From Candidatus Nanobsidianus stetteri (GTDB taxonomy: Archaea; Nanobdellota; Nanobdellia; Nanobdellales; Nanobdellaceae): a DNA stretch of 32,000 bases. Below the pieces are notes generated by a model, which saw nothing but the letters and a program-made list of their open reading frames with translations, did not search any database and was not told the DNA's origin. The position numbers were made by a program, and so were the translations under genes. The stretch spans positions 1 to 32,000 of the forward strand of contig APJZ01000005.1 of assembly GCA_000387965.1 (NCBI GenBank), in the 5' to 3' direction. Positions 1 to 8,032 of this stretch are shown here, piece after piece (position 1 is the first letter of the stretch; each line of letters opens with the position of its first letter).

Positions 1-1
1 T

Positions 2-121
2 AAATATATACTTAATGTGAGTTGGAAAAAAGCTATTCCCATATCAGTTATATCTAGCGTATTATGGTTTATTACTGGTCTAACAATTTTACCTTATTCT
101 ATCTATTTTATGGCTACTTAA
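2..121 (+). CDS. 3' end of a gene entering from the left edge; hydrophobic C-terminus (KYILNVSWKKAIPISVISSVLWFITGLTILPYSIYFMAT*), probable membrane protein
   Basis: Open frame from the window edge to TAA at 119-121. The hydrophobic segment is consistent with a transmembrane helix. Function unknown. It could instead be a short GTG-initiated ORF. Confidence 0.3.
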   Translation, partial: KYILNVSWKKAIPISVISSVLWFITGLTILPYSIYFMAT

Positions 122-159
122 TAATAGTATATTTCATGTCTTTTGGCGGTATGAAATTG

Positions 160-191
160 CGTCGCATAACTAACGTTATCCGACGTTTTTT
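160..191 (+). terminator. GC-rich imperfect hairpin followed by T6, between convergent genes
   Basis: Hand pairing of 160-185 (CGTCGCATAAC / taac / GTTATCCGACG) gives 10 base pairs plus one C:C mismatch and a 4-nt loop. TTTTTT follows at 186-191. It sits 39 nt after the + strand stop at 119-121. Confidence 0.4.
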
Positions 192-245
192 GTATATTTA
201 TTTTGAAATTTTAATAGAAAATTATATAGATTGACCTAGCTTATT

Positions 246-941
246 TTACGATAAAGAATATATTTGATCAATTATTTTGCTAATTTCTTCTAGATCTTTT
301 ATACTATCTATTGATTTCCAATATATATCTTTATAAATAACACCTTTTATTTTTCTTTCTTTAGCAAGTAATGGAAAAGTATGTACTTCAATATCACCTT
401 TATCTGGTAAATAATCGTATATTTCTTTATTAAAAACGTAAATTCCAGCATTAATTAAATAATCTAATAATGGTTTTTCTTTAAATTCTGTTATATAATT
501 TTCTTTATCAATTTCGATTATTCCATATGGACTCATCATTTGTACTAAAGCAATTGATGCAATAACATCTTTATTTATATTTTCTATTAAAGGTTTTATA
601 GAAATATTTGTCATTATATCTCCATTTAATACAATAAATATATCTTCATCAATATATCTCATTGCCTTTTTAATAGCTCCTCCAGTTCCTAGAGATTCTT
701 CTTCAACACTATAATATATTTTTACTCCAAATTTAGAACCGTCGCCTATAGTTTCAAATATCTTAGATTTTAAATATCCAACAGCTAAAACTATTTCTTT
801 TATATTTTGTTTAATTAACCATTCTATTTGCCATTGTAAAATTGGTTTATCTTTTATTTCTATTAGTGGTTTCGGTTTTTCTAAAGTTAATGGAATTAAT
901 CTTTTGCCATATCCACCCGCAAGTATTATTGCTTTTACCAT
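246..941 (-). CDS. Sugar-1-phosphate nucleotidyltransferase (NTP_transferase family; RmlA / mannose-1-P guanylyltransferase-like)
   Basis: N-terminal KAIILAGGYGKRLIPLTLEKPKPL signature (G-x-G-x-R-L plus KPK). At 231 aa it matches short archaeal NDP-sugar pyrophosphorylases. Confidence 0.88.
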   Translation of the reverse strand: MVKAIILAGGYGKRLIPLTLEKPKPLIEIKDKPILQWQIEWLIKQNIKEIVLAVGYLKSKIFETIGDGSKFGVKIYYSVEEESLGTGGAIKKAMRYIDEDIFIVLNGDIMTNISIKPLIENINKDVIASIALVQMMSPYGIIEIDKENYITEFKEKPLLDYLINAGIYVFNKEIYDYLPDKGDIEVHTFPLLAKERKIKGVIYKDIYWKSIDSIKDLEEISKIIDQIYSLS

Positions 942-1077
942 AATATAATAATGTTTTTTAAATCTAAATATTTGCCGAAATATAAATATAATTTATCGAA
1001 TCATAATATTTAATGGTTTGTTTTTTAGTTATAAAAGTAAAGATAAGTCTTTTAAATTTTTATTTAAATATTCTCAT

Positions 1078-2490
1078 ATGAAGAGTTTAGAGAAAATATT
1101 ATTTCCTAAAAATGAAAAATCATTTAATCTTAGACAATTATTTGAGAAAACAGAAGAGATAATTCGATCCAAAATAAAAAGAATTGGGGAATATGCAGAA
1201 AAAGCTTCTGAATATGTTATAAATATAGAAAATGAAGTTAAGCACGGAGTAGAAAGTTTAGAAAAAGATATTAAAGGATATTTAGAGACAGCTAAATATG
1301 TTATACCATCGGTATTAGCATCATCAACTACGCTTGGTAGACTTGGATATATTGGTAGTACCTTATTAATTTGTGGTACGTCAAAAGGAGGAATAGGGGG
1401 AAATTGGTATAGTAAAATTCCTCCTATAGTAAGTAGTCTTTTAAGTATTGTATCACTTATTATAGGATTGTATGATTTCCATCAATATCATGAATTATCT
1501 CAAGAATTACAAGATATAAAAAATAATAATAATGTTTCATTAATAGCAATACGAGAGCAATTACAGAATATAAATGCTACATTAGCAGAATTAAAAAATA
1601 ATTTAAATGATATGAACACTAATTATAATACTACAATAACAAATATACAAAGGCAATTAGAGGAGATAAATGCTACAATAATAGGATTAGAAAATAATTA
1701 TCAAACATCACAGGAGCAAATACAGAATTTAATTAATCAAGTACAGACTTTAGAACAACAATTACAAGCTTTAGAAAATTATTATACTTTAGAAGGAATA
1801 TTATTTGGTAACAATAATAATTCTTATGGTATTTCAGTAATACAAATTAATTCTGTTCAAATAGAAAATGAAACTGCATATGTACAAGGAACTGTAAGTT
1901 CTAGTGGAGCTAATGTAATATTAGAAATACCAGTTGATTATGTAGAAAAGGTTAATGTTAATATACAAGAATTCGTTAATGATGTACAACGAAATGGTTG
2001 GAATCCATATTTAATTATTGATAGAGTAGATTTACAATATATGACTTTATTAAATAATCAAAATGGCACATATGTAATATCTATTCAGCCTAATGAGCCA
2101 GTAAAGATTGGAATAGCAGCAACACCAGCAGATCCTTCAGCTATTTATAATGTACTAAATAACAAAAATAATTATTATATAGTAATTCAGGATAGCTATC
2201 CTGTGTATAATTCTCCTTTAGCACTATGGGGTTATAAATCTGGAAATAGTGTTGTTGTAGATTTCTCGAATAATTATCAATATAATCTAGCAGAGAATAT
2301 GATAAGTATTGCAGATCAGATTATAAATAGTCCAGGCAACCAAAATCCAACAAGTAAAGGAATTATATATACTTATAGTATATTTAATGGATCTGTAAGT
2401 ACATATCAGAACTATCCAGAATATATTGTAGGACAAACATATATTCCATTAATAGTATTAGAACCAGAAGAAGGTGAATCAATTATATAG
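1078..2490 (+). CDS. Membrane-anchored coiled-coil protein with Asn-rich, beta-rich C-terminal domain; function unknown, candidate surface protein
   Basis: The ORF track starts it at TTG 1018. ATG 1078 (MKSLEK) has an A/T-rich TATA-like block (1050-1066) 12-28 nt upstream. Two hydrophobic segments (YVIPSVLASS..., IPPIVSSLLSIVSLIIGLY) precede about 110 aa of heptad-like Q/N/L/E sequence with a repeated INAT motif. About 220 aa without recognisable motifs follow. Confidence 0.7.
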   Translation: MKSLEKILFPKNEKSFNLRQLFEKTEEIIRSKIKRIGEYAEKASEYVINIENEVKHGVESLEKDIKGYLETAKYVIPSVLASSTTLGRLGYIGSTLLICGTSKGGIGGNWYSKIPPIVSSLLSIVSLIIGLYDFHQYHELSQELQDIKNNNNVSLIAIREQLQNINATLAELKNNLNDMNTNYNTTITNIQRQLEEINATIIGLENNYQTSQEQIQNLINQVQTLEQQLQALENYYTLEGILFGNNNNSYGISVIQINSVQIENETAYVQGTVSSSGANVILEIPVDYVEKVNVNIQEFVNDVQRNGWNPYLIIDRVDLQYMTLLNNQNGTYVISIQPNEPVKIGIAATPADPSAIYNVLNNKNNYYIVIQDSYPVYNSPLALWGYKSGNSVVVDFSNNYQYNLAENMISIADQIINSPGNQNPTSKGIIYTYSIFNGSVSTYQNYPEYIVGQTYIPLIVLEPEEGESII

Positions 2491-2542
2491 ATAAGGATTT
2501 TTCATAAAAATTTTTTAGGTACTTTTTATATTAAAACTTTAA

Positions 2543-2680
2543 TTATTTTTTCCAAGGTTCATCTTCTTTAAAGAATTTATCATTTATTAATGGCTTCCAC
2601 CACCATTCATTTTTAACATACCATTCATATGTTTTCTTTAAACCTTCTTTTAATGGTGTTACTTCATAAGATAAAAAAGA
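2543..2680 (-). pseudogene. C-terminal remnant (45 codons plus stop) of an NDP-sugar 4,6-dehydratase/epimerase (RmlB-like extended SDR)
   Basis: Hand translation of the minus strand gives SFLSYEVTPLKEGLKKTYEWYVKNEWWWKPLINDKFFKEDEPWKK*. The EGLKKT-x-EWY-x-x-N-x-x-WW pattern is the typical C-terminus of dTDP-glucose 4,6-dehydratases. An in-frame TAG lies immediately upstream, and no upstream continuation was found in the frame I translated. Confidence 0.55.
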
Positions 2681-2979
2681 CTAAAAAACATATTATACAT
2701 TTATATATTTACATATTTCTTATTTAAAGTCATAATTTCTTCTAAAAATGTCAGAATTTTTGATTTTTGATTTTTCAGATTAATTATCCATATATTTATT
2801 TTTAATTTTTTAACTATAATTACTTCATCTAATTTATCTAATAACTATGAATGAATACTTTCTATTGAGTTTAAAAGAACTTTTTGTAATAAGCTGATAT
2901 AGTTACTCAAATTAACATTTTATGAATATAATAGGTAAGTATTAATAAACTTTTTAGGCATTAGTAATAAGAGTAATTT

Positions 2980-4134
2980 ATGAAAATATTATTTGCATTA
3001 ATTAGTACGGGACTGACTGGCGGATTTAGATATATTTTTGAAGTAGCTAATGGATTAAAGGAGAGAGGTCATGATGTAAAAATAGTTGCTTTAACTGGAG
3101 ATCATAGTTGGTTCAAAAATTTAAAGGTAGATGTTATTTATAAGCCATTAAACTTAAACATGTTCCGTTCAGCAGTATATAGTTTATATAAGTTTTATAG
3201 TCATATAACTCTACAAAATGTTAGGAGAACTCCTTATGGTGTTTTTCGTGCAATATCATCCAAACTGCTAGGCGTAAGACCCGATAGTATTATTGAATTA
3301 GCTGATTTAATTAAAGATTTTGATGCAGATGTTACTATTGCTACTTATTATTTAACAGCTTTCTCTGTTTGGTTTTCACAAAATAAAAATCCATTTTATT
3401 TGGTACAAGATCCTCCAGAATTAGTTGAAATAAATGAAGGGAAAGTTGGATTAAATATGTTTAAACTCTCTCTAAAACTTCCTTTCTCTTTTGTTGCAGT
3501 TTCTTCTTATGTTAAGCAATTAATACTCGATAATAATTCTACTGCTAGAGTTACTATAGCTAATCCTGGTGTTAACTTAGAAATTTTTAGACCGAAAAGC
3601 GAGCCAAAAGAAAGTAATAAGAAGAAAGTTATGGTAATATTGAGAGGTTATGAATATAAGGGTGATAAAATAAGTTTGGAGGTTTTAAAAATAGTTAATA
3701 AAAAAATACCTATTCATGCAATAATAGTTGGTAGTAAAGATCTAGTAAAAAAATATTCTAAAACTATCGGTCTAAATTTTTCTTATACTGTTTTTTCAAA
3801 TATTGATGATGAAAAGCTATCCAGACTTTATTCATCCTCAGATGCTTTTCTTTATACATCTTACGCTGAAACCTTTGGTTTGCCCCCATTAGAGGCTATG
3901 GCCTGTGGAACTCCTGTAGTTATGACTGATTATAAAGGTTCTAGAGATTATGCAGTAAATGATTTTAATGCATTAATCTCCCAACCTGGTGATGTTAAAT
4001 CCTTAGTAGATAATTTATTGAAAGTTCTTCAAGATGATAAACTAAGAGATAGATTGATAGAAAATGGTTTAGAGACCGCAAAAAAATTTACATGGGAAAA
4101 AACAGTAGATAATTTTGAGAAAGCATTAAAATAA
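2980..4134 (+). CDS. GT4-family (GT-B fold) glycosyltransferase
   Basis: E-x7-E motif ETFGLPPLEAMACGTPVV. The N-terminal MKILF...GG pattern and the 384 aa length are typical of GT4. Confidence 0.88.
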   Translation: MKILFALISTGLTGGFRYIFEVANGLKERGHDVKIVALTGDHSWFKNLKVDVIYKPLNLNMFRSAVYSLYKFYSHITLQNVRRTPYGVFRAISSKLLGVRPDSIIELADLIKDFDADVTIATYYLTAFSVWFSQNKNPFYLVQDPPELVEINEGKVGLNMFKLSLKLPFSFVAVSSYVKQLILDNNSTARVTIANPGVNLEIFRPKSEPKESNKKKVMVILRGYEYKGDKISLEVLKIVNKKIPIHAIIVGSKDLVKKYSKTIGLNFSYTVFSNIDDEKLSRLYSSSDAFLYTSYAETFGLPPLEAMACGTPVVMTDYKGSRDYAVNDFNALISQPGDVKSLVDNLLKVLQDDKLRDRLIENGLETAKKFTWEKTVDNFEKALK

Positions 4135-4679
4135 ATAAATTGAGTTAGGAAAAGGTATAGTAAAATTGTATTAAAAAATGGTTTACTATGGTATATATAT
4201 AAGTTTTAATTATTATTCTAATTATTATAAAGTTTATTTTTATAATTTAAAATATATTTTTTCTATTTTTAATTAAAACTAAATAACTTTTGATTTATTA
4301 TCATGTAAGATAAAAGGCAGATTAATAGAACATCTAAGAAAATATATAATTTCGGATGTTGTCTTTTATGTATTTTAATAAAAGAGATATAGAATATGGA
4401 ATTTAGACGACTTATTGGCTTATTGTTGGAGGATTGAAAAATTTAGTAGGCGATAAATTTAATAGATGTATGATAGAAAATATTATTATATAGTCATCAG
4501 TATATTTATGAAAAACAAAAAGTAAAGATCGAATAGATAATATAATAAGTTATAAAATTCGATTAAATGCTGTATATTACAGACTATAAGATATCATTAA
4601 ATGTATAAGACATTTATCAATATTTGATAAAATTACATTTAAGAAAATATATAGATGTAAATGATCGAAATGTCTAAAA

Positions 4680-4688
4680 TTTATAAAA
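4680..4688 (+). promoter_or_regulatory. TATA-box-like element (TTTATAAAA) for the GT4 gene at 4710
   Basis: Centred about 26 nt upstream of ATG 4710, with no Shine-Dalgarno-like purine run in between. This is consistent with a leaderless archaeal transcript. Confidence 0.4.
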
Positions 4689-4709
4689 CTTTTTATCTTC
4701 AATAAGTTA

Positions 4710-5759
4710 ATGAAAATTGCCTTATTTAGCATATCACATTTATCTGTTAACAGAGGTTCTGAAAAATGGATAATAAAAGTTGCATCCTATTTATCTAAAA
4801 AATATGATATTAAAGTTATAACTACCAATGCTAATAAAAAATATGATTTAAATAATTTAAATTTTGATTATATAGTAATTAATTATAAGAAAAGATTTGG
4901 TTTATTACATGATATAAGTGAAATAAAAGATTATCTAAAAGATATAGACATAACATATGCATTTTATATTGGGTTTGGAACACAAATTGATATATTAAAA
5001 TATTCAAAAAAAGTTGTTTTTGGACATCACATACTATTAGATGAGCCTATTCAAAGAGTTTATTATTCAATATTAGAAAATATAATTGCTAGAAAAATAA
5101 AATATTCTTATCATCATTTTTTAACTGAATATAGAGCAAATATATATAGAAAAAGGGGTTTTAAGAATATATTTGTAATTCCAAATTTTATTGAATTGGA
5201 TAAATATAAACTAAAAGAAAAAAGTTATGACAAATTTAAGATAGTTTGCCCAGGTGCTGTTAGTATACAAAAGGGAATAGATATTCTGATAAAGGTCGCT
5301 GAAATTTTAAAGAAATACAATGATATAGAATTTTACATTACTGGTAATAGACCAATATATGAAAATCTACCGGCAAATGTTAAATATTTAGGAATGTTAA
5401 ATGAAGAAGAATTTATTAATTTTATAAGTACAGCTAATTTAATGTTCTTACCTACAAGATATGAAACATTTTCATTTGCTGTATTAGAAAATTTAGCAGC
5501 AGGAAACCCTATAGTTGTATCAAATTTACCAGATGTAATTAGTGCATTTGGAGAATTTGAATCAATTTATTATGCCAAACTTAATAATATAAAAGATTAT
5601 ATTAATGGAATATTAAAATATTATCAAATATGGAAAAATAGTAAAGATAAATATGAAGAATTGTCTAAAAAAGCTAGAGAAATTGCAAGTAAATTTGATT
5701 CAAATATAATATTACCAAAGATAGAGGAGATGTTTAAGAAAGTTTATGAATCTTCATAA
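4710..5759 (+). CDS. GT4-family glycosyltransferase
   Basis: E-x7-E motif RYETFSFAVLENLAAGNPIV. 349 aa. Confidence 0.8.
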   Translation: MKIALFSISHLSVNRGSEKWIIKVASYLSKKYDIKVITTNANKKYDLNNLNFDYIVINYKKRFGLLHDISEIKDYLKDIDITYAFYIGFGTQIDILKYSKKVVFGHHILLDEPIQRVYYSILENIIARKIKYSYHHFLTEYRANIYRKRGFKNIFVIPNFIELDKYKLKEKSYDKFKIVCPGAVSIQKGIDILIKVAEILKKYNDIEFYITGNRPIYENLPANVKYLGMLNEEEFINFISTANLMFLPTRYETFSFAVLENLAAGNPIVVSNLPDVISAFGEFESIYYAKLNNIKDYINGILKYYQIWKNSKDKYEELSKKAREIASKFDSNIILPKIEEMFKKVYESS

Positions 5760-5771
5760 TTATTTTTTATT

Positions 5772-6959
5772 ATGAAGATTTTATTATTTCATCCATGGTT
5801 AAAATCAAAGGGGGGAGGAGAAAGGTTGGTTTATGAATATTTTAGGAGATCTAAACATAAAATAAAGATAATGACTTGGATTTATATTAGAGAAAAGACA
5901 TATGATTTTGGAGAAAAAAATGTTATTAGCTTATATGATAAAAAATTTGAAGGAATTTTTAGACAATATTTAGTTAGAGGAGGATTATTATTTTTAGATA
6001 GATTAATAAGAAGATTTAATATTGATGATTTTGATTTATTATTAATATCTACGGCTGGTATTGCAGAATTATTATTATTTAATCAGAATTTCAATATTCC
6101 AAAAGTTTTATATTCTCATTCTATTTTAAGAGCCTCATATAAATATGATATATATTGGAATCTCAAATATAGAATTCCAAACATAGAAGTTTTACCTTAT
6201 AAAGTAGCATTAAATGTTTATAATTTTTTAGAAAAAAGAATGTGGAAAAAAATAGATTTTGCAATATTTAATTCAGAACTATCCAGAAAAAGAGCTTTAG
6301 ATAAAAATCTTATAGATATAAATAAAACAGATGTCATATATCCAGGTGTAGATATTCAAAATATATATAACGATAATCCAGAGGATTATTTTCTATATGT
6401 TGCCAGATTTGCATTACCAAAAAGACAACATATATTAGTTAAATCATTTGCAAAGTTTATTAAAAAATATCCAGAATATAAATTATATTTGGTTGGAGGT
6501 ATTGAAAATAATAAATATTATTTAAAAATATTGAGATTAATCAAAGAATATAATTTACAAAGTAATGTTAAAATATTCATAAATGTATCCGATGAAAAAT
6601 TAAGAGAACTATATGCAAAATCTTTGGCATGTGCGTATATACCATATATGGAAGATTATGGTATTGTACCTTTTGAGGCTATGAGTGCAGGTAAATATTT
6701 AATTAATGTTTATCCAGCAGGTAGCTATGAATTATTAAAAAATGCTCCTGGAATTTATTGGATAAAAGAAAAATTTTATGAGGAATCAATGACTGATGAA
6801 ATATATAAAGCATTAGAATATTTTGTAAAAAATAAAGATGAATTATTAGAAAAAGGAAAAGAAAATAGAAATTATATAAAGAATATTGATATATCTTGGG
6901 ATTCTTTTACTAAAAAATTAGATAATAAACTTAAAGATATTTTAGAAAAATATAAATAA
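5772..6959 (+). CDS. GT4-family glycosyltransferase
   Basis: N-terminal MKILLFHPWLKSKGGGERL and E-x7-E motif MEDYGIVPFEAMSAGKYLI. It starts 12 nt after the previous gene, so it is probably in the same operon. Confidence 0.8.
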   Translation: MKILLFHPWLKSKGGGERLVYEYFRRSKHKIKIMTWIYIREKTYDFGEKNVISLYDKKFEGIFRQYLVRGGLLFLDRLIRRFNIDDFDLLLISTAGIAELLLFNQNFNIPKVLYSHSILRASYKYDIYWNLKYRIPNIEVLPYKVALNVYNFLEKRMWKKIDFAIFNSELSRKRALDKNLIDINKTDVIYPGVDIQNIYNDNPEDYFLYVARFALPKRQHILVKSFAKFIKKYPEYKLYLVGGIENNKYYLKILRLIKEYNLQSNVKIFINVSDEKLRELYAKSLACAYIPYMEDYGIVPFEAMSAGKYLINVYPAGSYELLKNAPGIYWIKEKFYEESMTDEIYKALEYFVKNKDELLEKGKENRNYIKNIDISWDSFTKKLDNKLKDILEKYK

Positions 6960-7026
6960 TTGATAATTAATTTTTAATAATATAATAATACTTTTATATA
7001 TTTAAAAATTTTTTAAAAATTATATA

Positions 7027-7995
7027 ATGATGAATAAAATAAAAAAGATATTAATTGCACCTAAAGCAGTATATAATTCAAGAAAATTAATTAAGAATTT
7101 ATCTTTAAGTTTATATCAATATTTAATTTTAAGAAAACAAAATATTGAATTAAAATTAAGAAATGGAGAAACCATAAAAGTATCTAGATCCCTTTACCCC
7201 GGAATAATATACTATTACTATCTTGGATATATCAAAAATATAAATAAAGATGATATATATTTTAAAGTAGATAATAAAACTTTTCAAGTACCTCTTAAAG
7301 AAATCGAATTTACAAAATTTTTGCGTATGGTTAGCTTAGGTTGGTTATATTATAAGAATTATTGGGAGAAAAATAATATAAAATTCAAGCATGTATATCT
7401 TCAAACATACGAAGTTTTCGAAGAAGAAAATTATAAATTTCTTAACGTAGAAGATAAAAATATATTAGATATAGGCGCCTTTGTTGGGGATTCGGCAATA
7501 TATTTTATCTTAAAAGGGGCTAAAAAAGTATATGCGGTTGAACCCCATCCGGATGCTTATAATGAAATGCTAGACAATATTAAATTAAATAATATGGAAG
7601 ATAAGATTATTCCAATAAATATGGGAATAAATTATGAAAAAGATTATGTATCAATTAATATTGTGGATATAAATAATGTGGGAGGTTCTTTTTTTAATTC
7701 AAATAATACAGGCATTAAAATTCCTGCAGGTAAATTAAGTGATATTATTGATAAATATAATATAGATGCTCAAGTATTAAAAATGGACTGTGAAGGATGC
7801 GAATATGATATAATTTTAAAAGATTATGATACTATAAGAGAATTTGATGAAATAGGATTTGAATATCATGCTTATAATACTAAAATACCTGTTAGTAAAT
7901 TATTAGAAAAATTAAATAAAGATTTTGAATGTAAATTTATTAAAGGAGGAATAAATGAAAAAATAGGAATATTACATTGTATAAGAAAGAAATAG
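7027..7995 (+). CDS. FkbM-family SAM-dependent methyltransferase (copy 1, intact)
   Basis: LDIGAFVGDSAIYF (SAM-binding glycine loop), AVEPHPDAYNEMLDNIKLN and KMDCEGCEYDIIL match the FkbM (Methyltransf_21) pattern DIGAN-G...EP......L..N...KIDVEG-E. Confidence 0.85.
   Translation: MMNKIKKILIAPKAVYNSRKLIKNLSLSLYQYLILRKQNIELKLRNGETIKVSRSLYPGIIYYYYLGYIKNINKDDIYFKVDNKTFQVPLKEIEFTKFLRMVSLGWLYYKNYWEKNNIKFKHVYLQTYEVFEEENYKFLNVEDKNILDIGAFVGDSAIYFILKGAKKVYAVEPHPDAYNEMLDNIKLNNMEDKIIPINMGINYEKDYVSINIVDINNVGGSFFNSNNTGIKIPAGKLSDIIDKYNIDAQVLKMDCEGCEYDIILKDYDTIREFDEIGFEYHAYNTKIPVSKLLEKLNKDFECKFIKGGINEKIGILHCIRKK
7855..7955. repeat. 101-nt segment identical to 13449-13549, inside the FkbM paralog pair
   Basis: Hand alignment of the two gene copies. 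The bases flanking both ends differ. Confidence 0.9.
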
Positions 7996-8032
7996 TATCA
8001 TGCAGACTAATATTTTCTTTTAAATAAAAAAT

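Noticed and set aside
1018-1077. TTG start at 1018 for the coiled-coil protein, and likewise TTG 18875 for the PDCD5-like protein
   Set aside because: Downstream ATGs (1078 and 18914) each have a TATA-like A/T block about 12-28 nt upstream. The extra N-terminal residues are not part of the recognisable protein. The longer forms cannot be excluded without N-terminal or TSS data.
2848-2896. Possible C/D-box sRNA (ATGAATGA ... CTGA about 50 nt apart) in the long gap
   Set aside because: The C box is non-canonical (AUGAAUGA, not RUGAUGA), and no D' or C' boxes occur at the expected 12-nt guide spacing. A UGAUGA at 4490-4500 (minus strand) likewise lacks a downstream CUGA.
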